64,000 nucleotides of DNA from an uncultured virus (IMG/VR IMGVR_UViG_3300012000_002192) (lineage: Duplodnaviria > Heunggongvirae > Uroviricota > Caudoviricetes), in IMG/VR virus record IMGVR_UViG_3300012000_002192, positions 1 through 64,000 of that record. One strand, given 5' to 3'. The first letter of the stretch is position 1. Every line of letters starts with the position of its first letter. This document shows, piece after piece, positions 29,759 to 40,702 of this stretch. Both the position numbers and the translations under genes were made by a program. The notes below the pieces were generated by a model, which was given only the letters and a program-made list of their open reading frames with translations, had not been told where the DNA came from and ran no database searches.

Positions 29759-29969
29759 ATTAATGTTGCAAAAACATTGGAGACTTCAAGAATGGTCAAT
29801 TGATTTATGGCCATTCTGGTTGTTTGAAGAAAATATAAAATTAGTAAATGAGCTAATTGAAGAAGAAGAGAAAGATAGAAAAAAACAGGAAGGAAATCAA
29901 AAATTACCCGATTACAATTCAGTGGCCAACAACTTCAAAATGCCAAACTTTAACATGCCATCACTCTAA
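29730..29969 (+). CDS. Small tail/baseplate assembly protein (gp51-like)
   Basis: K..LQKH...IDLWPFW...LIEEE; overlaps the gp26-like 3' end; ATG 29730. Confidence 0.55.
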   Translation: MPLTHLLKNKLMLQKHWRLQEWSIDLWPFWLFEENIKLVNELIEEEEKDRKKQEGNQKLPDYNSVANNFKMPNFNMPSL

Positions 29970-29974
29970 AAAAC

Positions 29975-30003
29975 AAAAGCCCATCTAAAAGATGGGCTTT
30001 TTT
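29975..30003. terminator. Bidirectional terminator between convergent genes
   Basis: aaaagcccatct-aaa-agatgggcttttt. Confidence 0.85.
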
Positions 30004-30026
30004 GTAAATTGAAATTTTCAAAATTA

Positions 30027-30644
30027 TTAATATCCAGAGATAATACCCGGATTGATAGCATATCCATTATCGATATATTCGTCGATAAAGTAGTCGTAAA
30101 CAAAATCGGCAGTTGCGTTTTCTATGATGCTATTTTGTGACCAATCTAAAGAATATCCACCGATTTTAGTTATCTGAACATTTTGAAAAGTCACTCTTCT
30201 TAGAACAACACCTTTTTTATCGTGTTGGTTTACAATAATAGTTCCAATGATATCGGACTTGTAAAAAGTAGAACCGTTTTGAGAGTTAAATACTAAATCA
30301 TACCAAGCTTTAAGAGTGTTCCAAGTTTCCATCGAACCAGACTGATTAACATTTACTTGAAATGGAATACTTAAAGTTCCATCTGTCTTTGTTGGAGGTG
30401 TCATAAACATTCTAGTAGAATATTTAAATCTTTGTGGTTTAGCTGTTACGTCAAACTCTGTTAGATTTAAGTCAATTTTAGTTGCATTTTGAAGAAGCAA
30501 AATAGCATTTCTGTTAGCTTGTAAAGCAACTGGTAAAATGAACGTAATTTCAAAAAGGTTCAAATACACAATTTCGTCTGGTGAGGTACCTGGTCCCCCT
30601 GGTGCTCCGGCGTTTATAACGTTTGCAAAATGTGGTAGTGGCAT
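30027..30644 (-). CDS. Tail tube protein (gp19-like)
   Basis: NLFEITF, LKAWYDLV, YK.D..G.IIV.Q.DK.G...R..TF, LDW, F.YDY. Confidence 0.75.
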   Translation of the reverse strand: MPLPHFANVINAGAPGGPGTSPDEIVYLNLFEITFILPVALQANRNAILLLQNATKIDLNLTEFDVTAKPQRFKYSTRMFMTPPTKTDGTLSIPFQVNVNQSGSMETWNTLKAWYDLVFNSQNGSTFYKSDIIGTIIVNQHDKKGVVLRRVTFQNVQITKIGGYSLDWSQNSIIENATADFVYDYFIDEYIDNGYAINPGIISGY

Positions 30645-30756
30645 AGTAGTAATTATTTTTTTTGTACTTTATATATTACTCACATAATTCTCTTTATATG
30701 GCAATTTTTAAATTATGTTGTAAAAAATGCCATTTCCACTTTTAATAAATAATACT

Positions 30757-31098
30757 ATGAACTGCCATTATAGATATTGTGGAAAAAAGATAAATTGGGG
30801 AAGACCGGATAGAAAATACTGCAATAAAAGTTGTAAGTCAAAAGAAGTCTCAATATCTAAAGAATTGAAATCATTAAATAGAAAGAGTAAAAAAAGCAGA
30901 GACTTTATCTATAGGTCTAACATTATTCATAATTTCAAATATAATTATGAATTAGTAATTTATCAAAATTGTAGAACTAAAGTCATAATAATGTGTCCTC
31001 ACCACGGTGAATTTAGCCAGACTCCTAATGCTCACCTTTATGCCGGGAGTGGATGTGAAAAGTGTGCTAGAGAAGCAAAGAGAAAACAAAATGAATAG
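30757..31098 (+). CDS. Zinc-finger protein (homing-endonuclease-associated DNA-binding module, no nuclease domain)
   Basis: C..C/RKYC..SC finger plus KV.I.CP.HGEF.Q.P..H...SGC.KC. Confidence 0.65.
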   Translation: MNCHYRYCGKKINWGRPDRKYCNKSCKSKEVSISKELKSLNRKSKKSRDFIYRSNIIHNFKYNYELVIYQNCRTKVIIMCPHHGEFSQTPNAHLYAGSGCEKCAREAKRKQNE

Positions 31099-31127
31099 GT
31101 AATCACGACCTTTTTTATATAAAAATC

Positions 31128-31859
31128 ATGCTTACTAATAATTTTTATGTATATATCTTTTTAAGAGGAGATAAACCGGGAATATTTGATTATGCTGATG
31201 GGTTATATTTTAACTATCAACCTTTTTATGTTGGTAGGGGAATTAATGATAGAATTAAATCATCTTTAAAAGATATAAAAAACAATACTATTAAAAACAA
31301 TATAATAAATAAAATCCACCAAAACAATATGGAAATTAAATCTTTAAAAATTAAAGAGAATTTATCAGAGAGTGAGGCATTTGAATATGAAAAGTATGTG
31401 ATTTCTAAAATTGGTAGGGTAACAGAGGGTAATGGACCATTATCAAATGTGGTTGAAGGTGGTCAAGGATACTCTGATGTACCTGTTTTGCAATATGGAT
31501 TGGACGGTGTTTTCATTAAAGAATTTTCTTCAGTTGGAGAAGCTGTTGCTAACACTGGTGTTATAAATGTAGGCCCTTGTTGTCGAGGTGTTAGAAAAAC
31601 CGCTGGTAAGTTTATATGGAGATATAAAAAAGATGGTTATCTGGAAAAAATACCAATTGATTTTATAGAAAAAATGATGCACTTTGGTAACTATGAACGA
31701 GAGATAATACAAATGGATATTGATGGTAACTTTATTGCTGAATTTAAATCAATAAAAGAGGCCGCAGAATTAACAAAAACTCATAATGGTAAAATTGTTC
31801 AAGTTTGTAAAGGTCAAAGAAAATCATCAAATGGTTTTAGATGGAAATATAAAAATTAA
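31128..31859 (+). mobile_element. GIY-YIG homing endonuclease with two NUMOD1-like domains
   Basis: FYVY...PFYVGRG..DR...E...N; two VLQY..DG.FI.EF.S..EA...C.G.RK...F.WRY repeats. Confidence 0.8.
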
Positions 31860-31867
31860 TATTTAAA

Positions 31868-32986
31868 ATGAAAGTATATATGATAACAGATACCCACTTC
31901 GGTATCTATTTAAATAATTTGGATAGATGGTTGAAAATGATGGAATCAACTATGTATAACTTTTTAATACCAGAGTTGAAAAAAAATGTAAAAGAAGGTG
32001 ATATACTAATACACCTTGGTGATCTATTTGATAATAGAACATCGATTCCTATAAACGTTTTGAATAAAGTAGAGAAGATATTAAAAGATATATCAGAAGT
32101 TATACCAATGTATATAATGGTTGGTAATCATGACTTGTTTAATAAAGGAAGTAATGAGGTAAATTCCGTTAGAATTTATAGTTACTTAAATGATAGAATA
32201 AGTGTTTTTGAAAAAACAACTAAGATAACAATAAATGATAAAGATTTAATATTAATGCCTTGGGTAGAGAAAAGACTTGATATGATTAAAGAGATACAGT
32301 CAAATACTGGTGATTATTTATTTTGTCACTCTGACTTAAACGGGTGTAGAATGCACTTGAATTCAGTAGCTCACAGAAATCCTGATAAAATAGATGTGGA
32401 TGAATTTAGTAGATTTAAACGTGTTTTCTCAGGTCATGTGCATATTAGGCAAATTAATTCAAACTTCGAGTTTATCGGTTCACTTTATCAAATGGATAGA
32501 AATGATATGGGTGACCAAAAGGGAATTACTGTATTGGATCTAAATACGGATGAAATTGATTTTATACCAAATACATACTCCCCTATATTTAGAAAATTCA
32601 GAGTCATTAATGAAGAAGATATAGATAAGTTAGATGATTTAAAAACATCAAAAGACTACATTGATATTTCAATTTCGAATAATCTGTTAATATCAAATAG
32701 AAAGTTGAGAAGAAAGTTAGAGATAATTCTTGAAAAGAGTAATTTTGCTTCGGTTGAGTACATCGATGATATTACAAAAGAATTAGTTGATGGGGAAGAC
32801 CCATCTGCCGCGGAAAAGCAAGTAGAGCCTAATGAAATATCAATTGCCTTAGATTATGAAGATTATGTTAAAGAATATATTCTAAAACAAAACTATGACA
32901 ATGAAAAATTCAAATCCGGGGTAGTTTTAGAGTATGAAGAGATAATTAAGATATACAAAGAAAATTATAACACACAAAACGATTAA
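31868..32986 (+). CDS. Recombination nuclease, T4 gp47/SbcD/Mre11-like
   Basis: TDTHFG, HLGDLFDNR, VGNHD, FCH, SGHVH. Confidence 0.92.
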   Translation: MKVYMITDTHFGIYLNNLDRWLKMMESTMYNFLIPELKKNVKEGDILIHLGDLFDNRTSIPINVLNKVEKILKDISEVIPMYIMVGNHDLFNKGSNEVNSVRIYSYLNDRISVFEKTTKITINDKDLILMPWVEKRLDMIKEIQSNTGDYLFCHSDLNGCRMHLNSVAHRNPDKIDVDEFSRFKRVFSGHVHIRQINSNFEFIGSLYQMDRNDMGDQKGITVLDLNTDEIDFIPNTYSPIFRKFRVINEEDIDKLDDLKTSKDYIDISISNNLLISNRKLRRKLEIILEKSNFASVEYIDDITKELVDGEDPSAAEKQVEPNEISIALDYEDYVKEYILKQNYDNEKFKSGVVLEYEEIIKIYKENYNTQND

Positions 32987-32987
32987 A

Positions 32988-33176
32988 ATGAATGCAATTG
33001 AGGTATTTGAAAGGTGCATGGGTGATAAACCATATTCAAAAGAACTTAAAATCTATACAGAAAAATATCTAAGAAAAGTCGTTAAAGAACTTGAAATGTT
33101 GGAGGAGTTCGAAAAGTGTATTGAGCTAAATAAGTTTATCAAACTTAGATTCGGTCATTCTTCTTTTCCAGTTTAA
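32988..33176 (+). CDS. Small protein with UVR-like motif
   Basis: LEMLEEFEKCIEL. Confidence 0.55.
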   Translation: MNAIEVFERCMGDKPYSKELKIYTEKYLRKVVKELEMLEEFEKCIELNKFIKLRFGHSSFPV

Positions 33177-33420
33177 TCTGTAAATCACCAGTCCCCTTTA
33201 TTAATCTGTGATAAATTCCGACTGGGATGAATATTTTACCTTCAATCTTTTTCGGAAGTTCATTGTCTAACTGTATTAACCAATCTGTTTCACCAATAGG
33301 TTCTATTATACGAGATTCGCGGTCTCTGTGCCAAACAAATTCACCAGAGTCAGTGTCATGACTGAACTCTCTTATAAATATATTATTCTCTAGTTTAGTT
33401 TCTTGAAAAGGCAATGACAT
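33145..33420 (-). CDS. Small cupin-like protein
   Basis: WHRDRE and IP.G.YHRLIKG. Confidence 0.6.
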   Translation of the reverse strand: MSLPFQETKLENNIFIREFSHDTDSGEFVWHRDRESRIIEPIGETDWLIQLDNELPKKIEGKIFIPVGIYHRLIKGTGDLQIKLEKKNDRI

Positions 33421-33443
33421 ATTTTACTTACTGAATTTTTGGA

Positions 33444-34355
33444 TTACCAGAATCCGGGATAAGTGCGTCCGCCAAAAAGATGACCAAATTTATTGAGTCT
33501 ACAGCTCCAGTACCCAGCTTTAGTTTTATCTTTCTTCAAATGACACTGGTGTCTAGCCGCAAATGATTTTCTTGCTTTTGGATCACTTACCTTGGCCGTC
33601 AGTCCTCCTTTAACATCACCAAAGTTTATTTTTATTACTTTTCCAGACTTAGAGTCCTTAACATATACAAAGTATTTTTTCCCATCACCGGAGTTTCTCA
33701 TTGGGTGATTTAATTTAACTTCTTTACCTTTGTATTCAGCTTCATTTAATTCTACTATATTTTCCATCGGTAAATCTAATGGAACTAATTCACCATTGAA
33801 GTAAGCAAATTTACCCATATCGGTTGTTTCAAAAAGTTCTTTGTCTATTTTAGACAACTCAATTAATCCCCGTTCAAATAGTTTTCTAGCCTGTTTAATA
33901 GTGGAATAAAACTTTTTAGATCCAGGTCTAAACACACTCTCTGTTACCGGAATAGAATTTATGATGTGATACATTAGGTCTTCTGTTGGACTTAAATCAG
34001 AATCATCTTCTAACTCATCACACTTGCAATCATCACATCCACAGTCACAATCTGATAGTCCCGTGCAGACGCTACAACAACCACAGCCTGAAGCTTCTGC
34101 TTCTTCTTCATAATCAGCATCAAATTCATTAGATTGGTCATTTTTATAACCAATTTTTAGGTTTTCTATGTTATCAATGTGAATGTCAATAAAGGCTTCG
34201 AATTTATGAATTTTATTTCGTTTTTGGTTTTTCTTTTCTTTTTTATTTAACTCATCTGTAGATGTCTTGATAGAAGGTTTAGATTTATCTATATTCATAG
34301 AAGTTGCAGAAAATCCCATTTGTTGTTCTAAATCTTGAACTTTTTTAACTTTCAT
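33444..34355 (-). CDS. Hypothetical protein with Cys-rich segment and basic C-terminal domain
   Basis: CGCCSVC...CDCGCDDCKC; ARKSFAARHQC...AGYWSC. Confidence 0.7.
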   Translation of the reverse strand: MKVKKVQDLEQQMGFSATSMNIDKSKPSIKTSTDELNKKEKKNQKRNKIHKFEAFIDIHIDNIENLKIGYKNDQSNEFDADYEEEAEASGCGCCSVCTGLSDCDCGCDDCKCDELEDDSDLSPTEDLMYHIINSIPVTESVFRPGSKKFYSTIKQARKLFERGLIELSKIDKELFETTDMGKFAYFNGELVPLDLPMENIVELNEAEYKGKEVKLNHPMRNSGDGKKYFVYVKDSKSGKVIKINFGDVKGGLTAKVSDPKARKSFAARHQCHLKKDKTKAGYWSCRLNKFGHLFGGRTYPGFW

Positions 34356-34370
34356 AGTTTATTTATTAAT

Positions 34371-34727
34371 TTATGAACTCAATTTTTTTACAATAAGAGC
34401 GCATTTTTCGTAATCTTCCATTTCTTCTAACTCCTTTAGATATTCCCGTAATTGATTTGTATTAGATAATTCAACTCTTAATTTGAATCTGACTTCTTGT
34501 AATTCTTTCATGTTTTTTGTAGAATTGTCTATAATTTTATCAATTAGATATCTATCGATTTTATTGGAGGATATGAAATCATCCCAACTGTAAATATCAT
34601 ATTCAGCCAAAGTGTCTAAAATTTTTTTAACAGTTTGGTCTAACTCAACTGAAACTTTCTTTTTGGAGTTCAATTTTCTATAAAATCCTTCATTAATAAA
34701 ACCCTGGTAGTTTCTTATTTTGGCCAT
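34371..34727 (-). CDS. Hypothetical protein with C-terminal UVR-like motif
   Basis: MAKIRNYQGFINEG start; EMEDYEKCALI end. Confidence 0.65.
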   Translation of the reverse strand: MAKIRNYQGFINEGFYRKLNSKKKVSVELDQTVKKILDTLAEYDIYSWDDFISSNKIDRYLIDKIIDNSTKNMKELQEVRFKLRVELSNTNQLREYLKELEEMEDYEKCALIVKKLSS

Positions 34728-34796
34728 GATGTATATATTATTTTTTTGATATTAAGAAGCACTCAAATTAATATATAACTGAAATTAGTCGTTTTA

Positions 34797-37700
34797 ATGT
34801 CAAACCACTTAAATTTAAGATTTTTTAATAAAGAAGGTGATCACCTAAACATAGAATACAATCAATCAACTGATCGTTTTGAAGGTGACATCTTATTCCA
34901 TGAAAGTTCCACTGATACTTATAAGACAGCCGCGTTGTATACTTTAGAGAATATCCCAAGTTTTGAATTTGAATCGGTGGGTGAATTGACGACAAAAAAA
35001 TGGCAACTTTTTAACGAGAGAGGATTTCACTTCTGGGGTTCAAAATACGTAGATGCTGAATCTATTATAAGAATAGAACCAACAAATAATGATCCAAAAT
35101 TCTATTCAAAGTGGATATATGGAAAAGACATTGGTAGAAAATTTCCTAAAGGTAGTCTCATAAAATTCAACAATACAATCTTAGAATTTATTAACATTAA
35201 CCAAGTCTACACAGTTCTGGCCAGTTCAAGTGATAGAATTATGATACTTTCTTTAGTTGATAACGCAACCTTTGAAGCGCAATATTATTCAATTTATTCA
35301 GATCCGGACAATTTTTCCACCACAACTATTTCTGGAATAAATGCTTTTGGTGTCTATGATTATATACAGCCAAACTATTTCCCAAAACTTTCAAATTGGA
35401 ATGAGCCTGAATTTTTCGATAAGTATTATGTAAATCGAAAATTAAATGTTGTTGGTAGTAAAAATGATGATAAAATACTGACAGTTGATAATCCTAACTA
35501 CGGTGATCTTAGTCATTTTGAATATTCTGTTGATAAGTCTCAACTTCCTATAAACTCCACGTTGATTATGGAGATATTAACTCGAACAGAAGTTCCACTT
35601 CTCTATCAAGGTCCACTAACTTTAACACAATCTAAGATATTGATTGGTGATATTTATAAATTTCCGGTAAATTTAAGACCTGGAACCGAAATTAAAATAA
35701 TTGGACCTCAGATTTCCGCAAATCAAAACTTTTTTACAGTTGATGATATTTTCGACTTTAGAACTATCTCACAGACAACCTATTTTGCCACACAGTCACA
35801 GGCTATTTGGAATGGAAAAATATACGAATGTATACAGGCATATACACAAAGTATTTCCAACTTAGCTACATCTTTTATCACTCCAGAAAACGGACAATAC
35901 TGGAGTAAACCAACTTATATAAAGATTACCGATTCATTTACTTATGAAAATTTATTATCTGCTCAAATCTATCTAACCACTGATAAGTTTTACTACACAC
36001 TTGGTTGGACTTATTCAGCTGAGACAACTTTAGCCCAATTTGCTCAATTATACAGCTCTGGTGCTAAGATTTTTGATATAGATCTTTTTTATCAAAACAA
36101 CCAACTCAGAGCTGATTTGATTTGGCCATCAAAATATGCTGAGGTTAATTTTTACTTTGACCAACTCTCACCAACACATTCGATTGGTCAATCTCTGCAG
36201 ACCAAAGAAAGAATAGTAGGTGTCAAAGAAGAAGTTACCGCTGAGTTAAATTACGACTATTCTGAAAATAAAAAAATTAATATTGTCTTTACTGACTTAG
36301 ATAACTATGGATTTAAGATTGTTATAGGTGGTCAAGTTTATGAAGAGCAAACGGTTTTAATTTATACAGGGGCTTATCTTGATATGGAAAGAACCATCGA
36401 CAGAACTTTAAGAAATTGGTTATCCAGGTGGACTATTGACCTTTTAAAACTAGGTATAATTGCCGAATTGAAATATACTGGCACATTTAATTCAGTATTT
36501 TTTAACACTATTGTGATTAAGTCTGAATATCCAAATGTAGAAGTAGATGTAACATCAATAAAAGTCGGAACAAGCGCCGCTTATTATATCGAACATTCTA
36601 AGGTTACCTTTTTTAACATGGGTACTTATTTCAATATTAACATAGATGGAGACGACTATGGCGTTCAATCCGTTATTGGTACAAATTCGCTACCAAATGT
36701 TCCGTTAACTTTAGCAAATTGGGAATCTCAACACAGCCAAACTGTGCTTGAAAACCATTTAGTGCAAATTACAAATTTTAATTCTATTCTGACGTTTGAT
36801 ATATTAAATCCTATTCAAAACCTAGACTATGTGATAACTACTGGTAAAGTTAATTTACCTGGAATCGAAGATTACAAAATTAAAAAGTTACTCACCGGAA
36901 ATCCCGGAGTTGTAGTGGCATCGAATGAAGTGATATTGCCCCAGTCATCGACATATAGTTTTTTAACAGAAGGTTTTGCAACCGGAATGGCGTTTACAAT
37001 TAACAACACCTTCTATACCTGGATGAACCAAGATTATGTGATTCAATATTTAAATCCAAAGACATTAAATTTAAGCTATCAGGGACCTTTTTGGGGACTG
37101 ACTGGAAACCCTTGTAATACATCTGCGTTTCAAACACTGGCGTTTGATACTGGTTTTGGACAAACTGCTTGCGTGGTTCCAATTTCTATTACAAGTAGTG
37201 GTGCCGGTCCGTATAACCCGCAAATGTTTAGTTCGGCTTTCAAATCATTTACCACTTATTATATTACTACTAATAATGTCTATACACAAAATGACTATAC
37301 TGCTATACCTGGACTTGTTGACCTGGATTATATTGAATTAAGTAACTCTATTTATGGATTTGGTGATTACCTTGTGGCAGTTGATGCATTTTATGGTAAC
37401 ATCATAGCAACTGTTTCACTCCCGGGTAATACCCAAAGCATTGAAATGAGATTCAACACTAAAAACAGCTACCTGTATTGCTTATCAAAGCAAAACTTAT
37501 ATGTAGTTGATCCAACATCAAATACTCTAGTATCTAGTATTACATTTAGTAATCCAAGCTGGAATGCCTTTGATATGGAACTAAATCCAATCAACGGTGA
37601 TATGTATATTAGTTATGATAATGCGGCCAGAGTTGATGTTTGGGATGTTTCTAATTTCACTTCTCAGCAAACGTATACGATAAATTCAACTGACCCTCTT

Positions 37701-40601
37701 TTCCCAATTGGTGTCACAAGAACCGGGGCAATGGTGTTTAATGACTTTGAAGGTGACATGTATATCACAACTGATGCTAATAACGTTTTAAGAGTCAATG
37801 GTGGTGTAACTGATAATTTCCCAACGAATCCGACAGATAGGTCAATTCAAACCGTCTATAACATACCAGGGCTAACGAATTCTATTTTTTATGATCCGGT
37901 TTATGAGGCGATCTACACCTGGGGTTCTGCTAGTATTTATAAAATTGACAACTCCCAAGTTACGCAAATATCCGGTATCACCACTCAAAACTTTGTGGAT
38001 GTAATTTATAATAATTTGACTAATCAGATTGATATATCAGACTCTTCTGGTAAATTTACCATGTTAGACGTCGGTTTTGATACCTTCAAACAATCATATG
38101 TCACACAATGGGGCTACCAAGTTATTAATCAATATGACGGCGATGTTTATATATCATCACAATCATTGAATACTATATTTGTAGTTACTCCAAATTTTGG
38201 TCAAATTAAGCATGTAGAAAGTTTTGGCTCGCAAACGGGAAGAATAATCTTTAACCCAGAAAGAAATTCTGTTTGGAGTATACAGCCACAACTGAATAAA
38301 TTTGTGGAAATCGATGTTGAAATAAATTTGAACTTAATTCCAACTGGAAACACCTTTTCAGCAATTGGTGACAACCAATATGGAACATTACATCCAGACT
38401 ATGTTCCAAGAAAGAGCATTTGGTTGAAAACTAGAGAATATTATAGAAGACCTCGAGAAAACTTCGAAGGAGACGTAGCAGTGCAATATTATTGGAGATG
38501 GTTAACAGATCAAGTTCCTGAGTTTTTTCTTTACGACTTTTCGGGAAATCAACTGGCTAAAACTGGACCATATGCTTATACCGGTGAAAAGCCACTTCAA
38601 AACATTGTTTTAAATAAATTACCAAACACAGATAAGAGCAGAGTTTCATTTTCGGCTTATCAACAGACGGTATTTGAAGAAATAAATTTTGACTTGAGTT
38701 ACTTAGATGATTTAAACGACTTCGAAGTTGAGTCTGAATCACTTGAATTGTTTATTGGATATAAATCAGAAACCGCCGGAGCCCTAAGATCGGTATTACA
38801 ATTGTTCAAAAGAGAAGACATCGATTTTTATATTATGTCAGATAGCCTGACCACGATTTCGATTGAAACTATTACATCACCGACCACGAGAACTGGTAGA
38901 ATATCAATTAGTGAGACATCTTCAGAAAATTTCACCGGTCGCGGATTGAAAATTGGCCAGAGAATTGTTATCTATATCAACGATACAACAAATGTGAGAG
39001 GTCAATATACCTCTGAAAATAACGGAACAATTGTAGTAATTAAAAATGTTTTTACAAAAGTGCTGATTGTTGATTTTTTAGACCAATCTTTTGACTATTT
39101 TTATCCAGAATCGACCAAGTTGATTAATTTTCCAAAATATGGTTCTACCACTTATTTAAGGCTCAGGATACAAGTTGTTGATAGAGAAATAGGTAGGTTT
39201 ATTACTTATGGTCAATCTGAAGAAGAAGATGAGAGATTTAAGATAGAACTTAATAATGTTGGTAAACTAATTGATCCTAATCATGTTTTTATATTCAAAG
39301 ATTATGATATAAATGAAGGAGGCATTGACTGGACTTTTTTGAACAAAAAAAGAAAAGAAATGTTGATGGTTAAAAATGATATTTTTCCTTATGTCGGAGC
39401 TTATAAATCGATAATAAATGCTATCAATTACTTTGGATATAATGACCTACAATTAAACGAGTATTATAAATATAATGATAGCACTGATCCAAACTTTGGG
39501 AAACTTTTCAAAGTTGAAATTCCTGATATTTTCGACAATACCGTAAAAGGTTGGGAAAGAAGAGACTTTATTGAAAAGATGTTACCAAGTGAAAAGTATA
39601 AAGGAACTAATAACTTTAATCTTACGTATAAAATTACAGACAAAGAAGGTAATTACATTTTAAATTATGACTTAGATGAAATCATCATTAAACTACAAGG
39701 TCTAAAATATTGGTTAAAAAGAAACATAATACCACTAACTCATAACATAACTGATATTACTGGAGACTCTTGGACCTCTGGTGATAATCAAATTAGCCAC
39801 GAGGTTTATGATTGTCAAATCTTTAGTATTAGAGAGCAAATGACTCCGATAACTTTCAAATTAAACGAGCTTTATCTACAACCGGTAAATTCTGGATCTA
39901 CTGTTTACAATTGTGTATTAGATTTTTATTCAATAATTGCCGGCACTGGCTCAAACGTCAATCCAAATAATATTAGAGATATTGCTGGTGAATTGATAAA
40001 AAAAGCTCTTCCAAATAACGACTTTGTCGATAGATTAACACACCCTGATATTTTTGATATCAAAATTCGAACTTATAAAGTCTATAAAGAATGGGCGCCT
40101 TATGTTACCTATCAAACTGGTGATAAAGTATTTTATTATGATAAGATATACGAATCACAGAAAGATAATAATAGAATCAATAACCCAAGAAAATATGAAA
40201 GCGCTCTTTTATGGAAATCTGGGGTAAGTTATCAACCGGCCACGGTTGTAAAATATCAACAGGATTATTATGTTTCAAGTGGACTTGGTTCGACACAGTC
40301 AGCGACCCCGGCATCCGATCCCAACAATTGGCTAAAGATAACAGAGTGGAAACAAATAAACTACGAGCCAGTTCAGTATATAGAAGAACAAAGGTTAGGT
40401 AATATGCTTCAACCTTTCAATTTTTCAATCGACTCAAATCTTGATCCTTATCTGACTATTGAGGTCGTATCACATAGCGGTAGAGGGGCTATCTGGAGAG
40501 ATAAGAAAAACTATTTCATTAGAGGACTTAAAGACTTAGTTGAGCCTTATAGACTGATAGACAACGTTGGTCCCTTTGTTCCGATAACACCAGTTGTTTA
40601 A
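34797..40601 (+). CDS. Large baseplate/tail-associated structural protein with beta-propeller and carbohydrate-binding-like repeats
   Basis: 1934 aa; YVTN-like repeats; GAYKSIINAINYFGY wedge-type motif; W..Y.TY..GD.V.Y..K.Y repeats. Confidence 0.6.
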   Translation: MSNHLNLRFFNKEGDHLNIEYNQSTDRFEGDILFHESSTDTYKTAALYTLENIPSFEFESVGELTTKKWQLFNERGFHFWGSKYVDAESIIRIEPTNNDPKFYSKWIYGKDIGRKFPKGSLIKFNNTILEFININQVYTVLASSSDRIMILSLVDNATFEAQYYSIYSDPDNFSTTTISGINAFGVYDYIQPNYFPKLSNWNEPEFFDKYYVNRKLNVVGSKNDDKILTVDNPNYGDLSHFEYSVDKSQLPINSTLIMEILTRTEVPLLYQGPLTLTQSKILIGDIYKFPVNLRPGTEIKIIGPQISANQNFFTVDDIFDFRTISQTTYFATQSQAIWNGKIYECIQAYTQSISNLATSFITPENGQYWSKPTYIKITDSFTYENLLSAQIYLTTDKFYYTLGWTYSAETTLAQFAQLYSSGAKIFDIDLFYQNNQLRADLIWPSKYAEVNFYFDQLSPTHSIGQSLQTKERIVGVKEEVTAELNYDYSENKKINIVFTDLDNYGFKIVIGGQVYEEQTVLIYTGAYLDMERTIDRTLRNWLSRWTIDLLKLGIIAELKYTGTFNSVFFNTIVIKSEYPNVEVDVTSIKVGTSAAYYIEHSKVTFFNMGTYFNINIDGDDYGVQSVIGTNSLPNVPLTLANWESQHSQTVLENHLVQITNFNSILTFDILNPIQNLDYVITTGKVNLPGIEDYKIKKLLTGNPGVVVASNEVILPQSSTYSFLTEGFATGMAFTINNTFYTWMNQDYVIQYLNPKTLNLSYQGPFWGLTGNPCNTSAFQTLAFDTGFGQTACVVPISITSSGAGPYNPQMFSSAFKSFTTYYITTNNVYTQNDYTAIPGLVDLDYIELSNSIYGFGDYLVAVDAFYGNIIATVSLPGNTQSIEMRFNTKNSYLYCLSKQNLYVVDPTSNTLVSSITFSNPSWNAFDMELNPINGDMYISYDNAARVDVWDVSNFTSQQTYTINSTDPLFPIGVTRTGAMVFNDFEGDMYITTDANNVLRVNGGVTDNFPTNPTDRSIQTVYNIPGLTNSIFYDPVYEAIYTWGSASIYKIDNSQVTQISGITTQNFVDVIYNNLTNQIDISDSSGKFTMLDVGFDTFKQSYVTQWGYQVINQYDGDVYISSQSLNTIFVVTPNFGQIKHVESFGSQTGRIIFNPERNSVWSIQPQLNKFVEIDVEINLNLIPTGNTFSAIGDNQYGTLHPDYVPRKSIWLKTREYYRRPRENFEGDVAVQYYWRWLTDQVPEFFLYDFSGNQLAKTGPYAYTGEKPLQNIVLNKLPNTDKSRVSFSAYQQTVFEEINFDLSYLDDLNDFEVESESLELFIGYKSETAGALRSVLQLFKREDIDFYIMSDSLTTISIETITSPTTRTGRISISETSSENFTGRGLKIGQRIVIYINDTTNVRGQYTSENNGTIVVIKNVFTKVLIVDFLDQSFDYFYPESTKLINFPKYGSTTYLRLRIQVVDREIGRFITYGQSEEEDERFKIELNNVGKLIDPNHVFIFKDYDINEGGIDWTFLNKKRKEMLMVKNDIFPYVGAYKSIINAINYFGYNDLQLNEYYKYNDSTDPNFGKLFKVEIPDIFDNTVKGWERRDFIEKMLPSEKYKGTNNFNLTYKITDKEGNYILNYDLDEIIIKLQGLKYWLKRNIIPLTHNITDITGDSWTSGDNQISHEVYDCQIFSIREQMTPITFKLNELYLQPVNSGSTVYNCVLDFYSIIAGTGSNVNPNNIRDIAGELIKKALPNNDFVDRLTHPDIFDIKIRTYKVYKEWAPYVTYQTGDKVFYYDKIYESQKDNNRINNPRKYESALLWKSGVSYQPATVVKYQQDYYVSSGLGSTQSATPASDPNNWLKITEWKQINYEPVQYIEEQRLGNMLQPFNFSIDSNLDPYLTIEVVSHSGRGAIWRDKKNYFIRGLKDLVEPYRLIDNVGPFVPITPVV

Positions 40602-40702
40602 TAAAAAAAAACAGAATTTGATAGAAAATACCCGCTACTTTTAAGTCATCAAAAGTTATTATCCTTGCTTTTTGGGGTTTAGTAAAAGATATTTAGATAT
40701 TA

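Noticed and set aside
29664..29760. Programmed frameshift joining gp26-like and gp51-like ORFs (lambda G/GT style)
   Set aside because: The overlap is +1 with no clear slippery heptamer, and ATG 29730 explains the second ORF; not fully excluded
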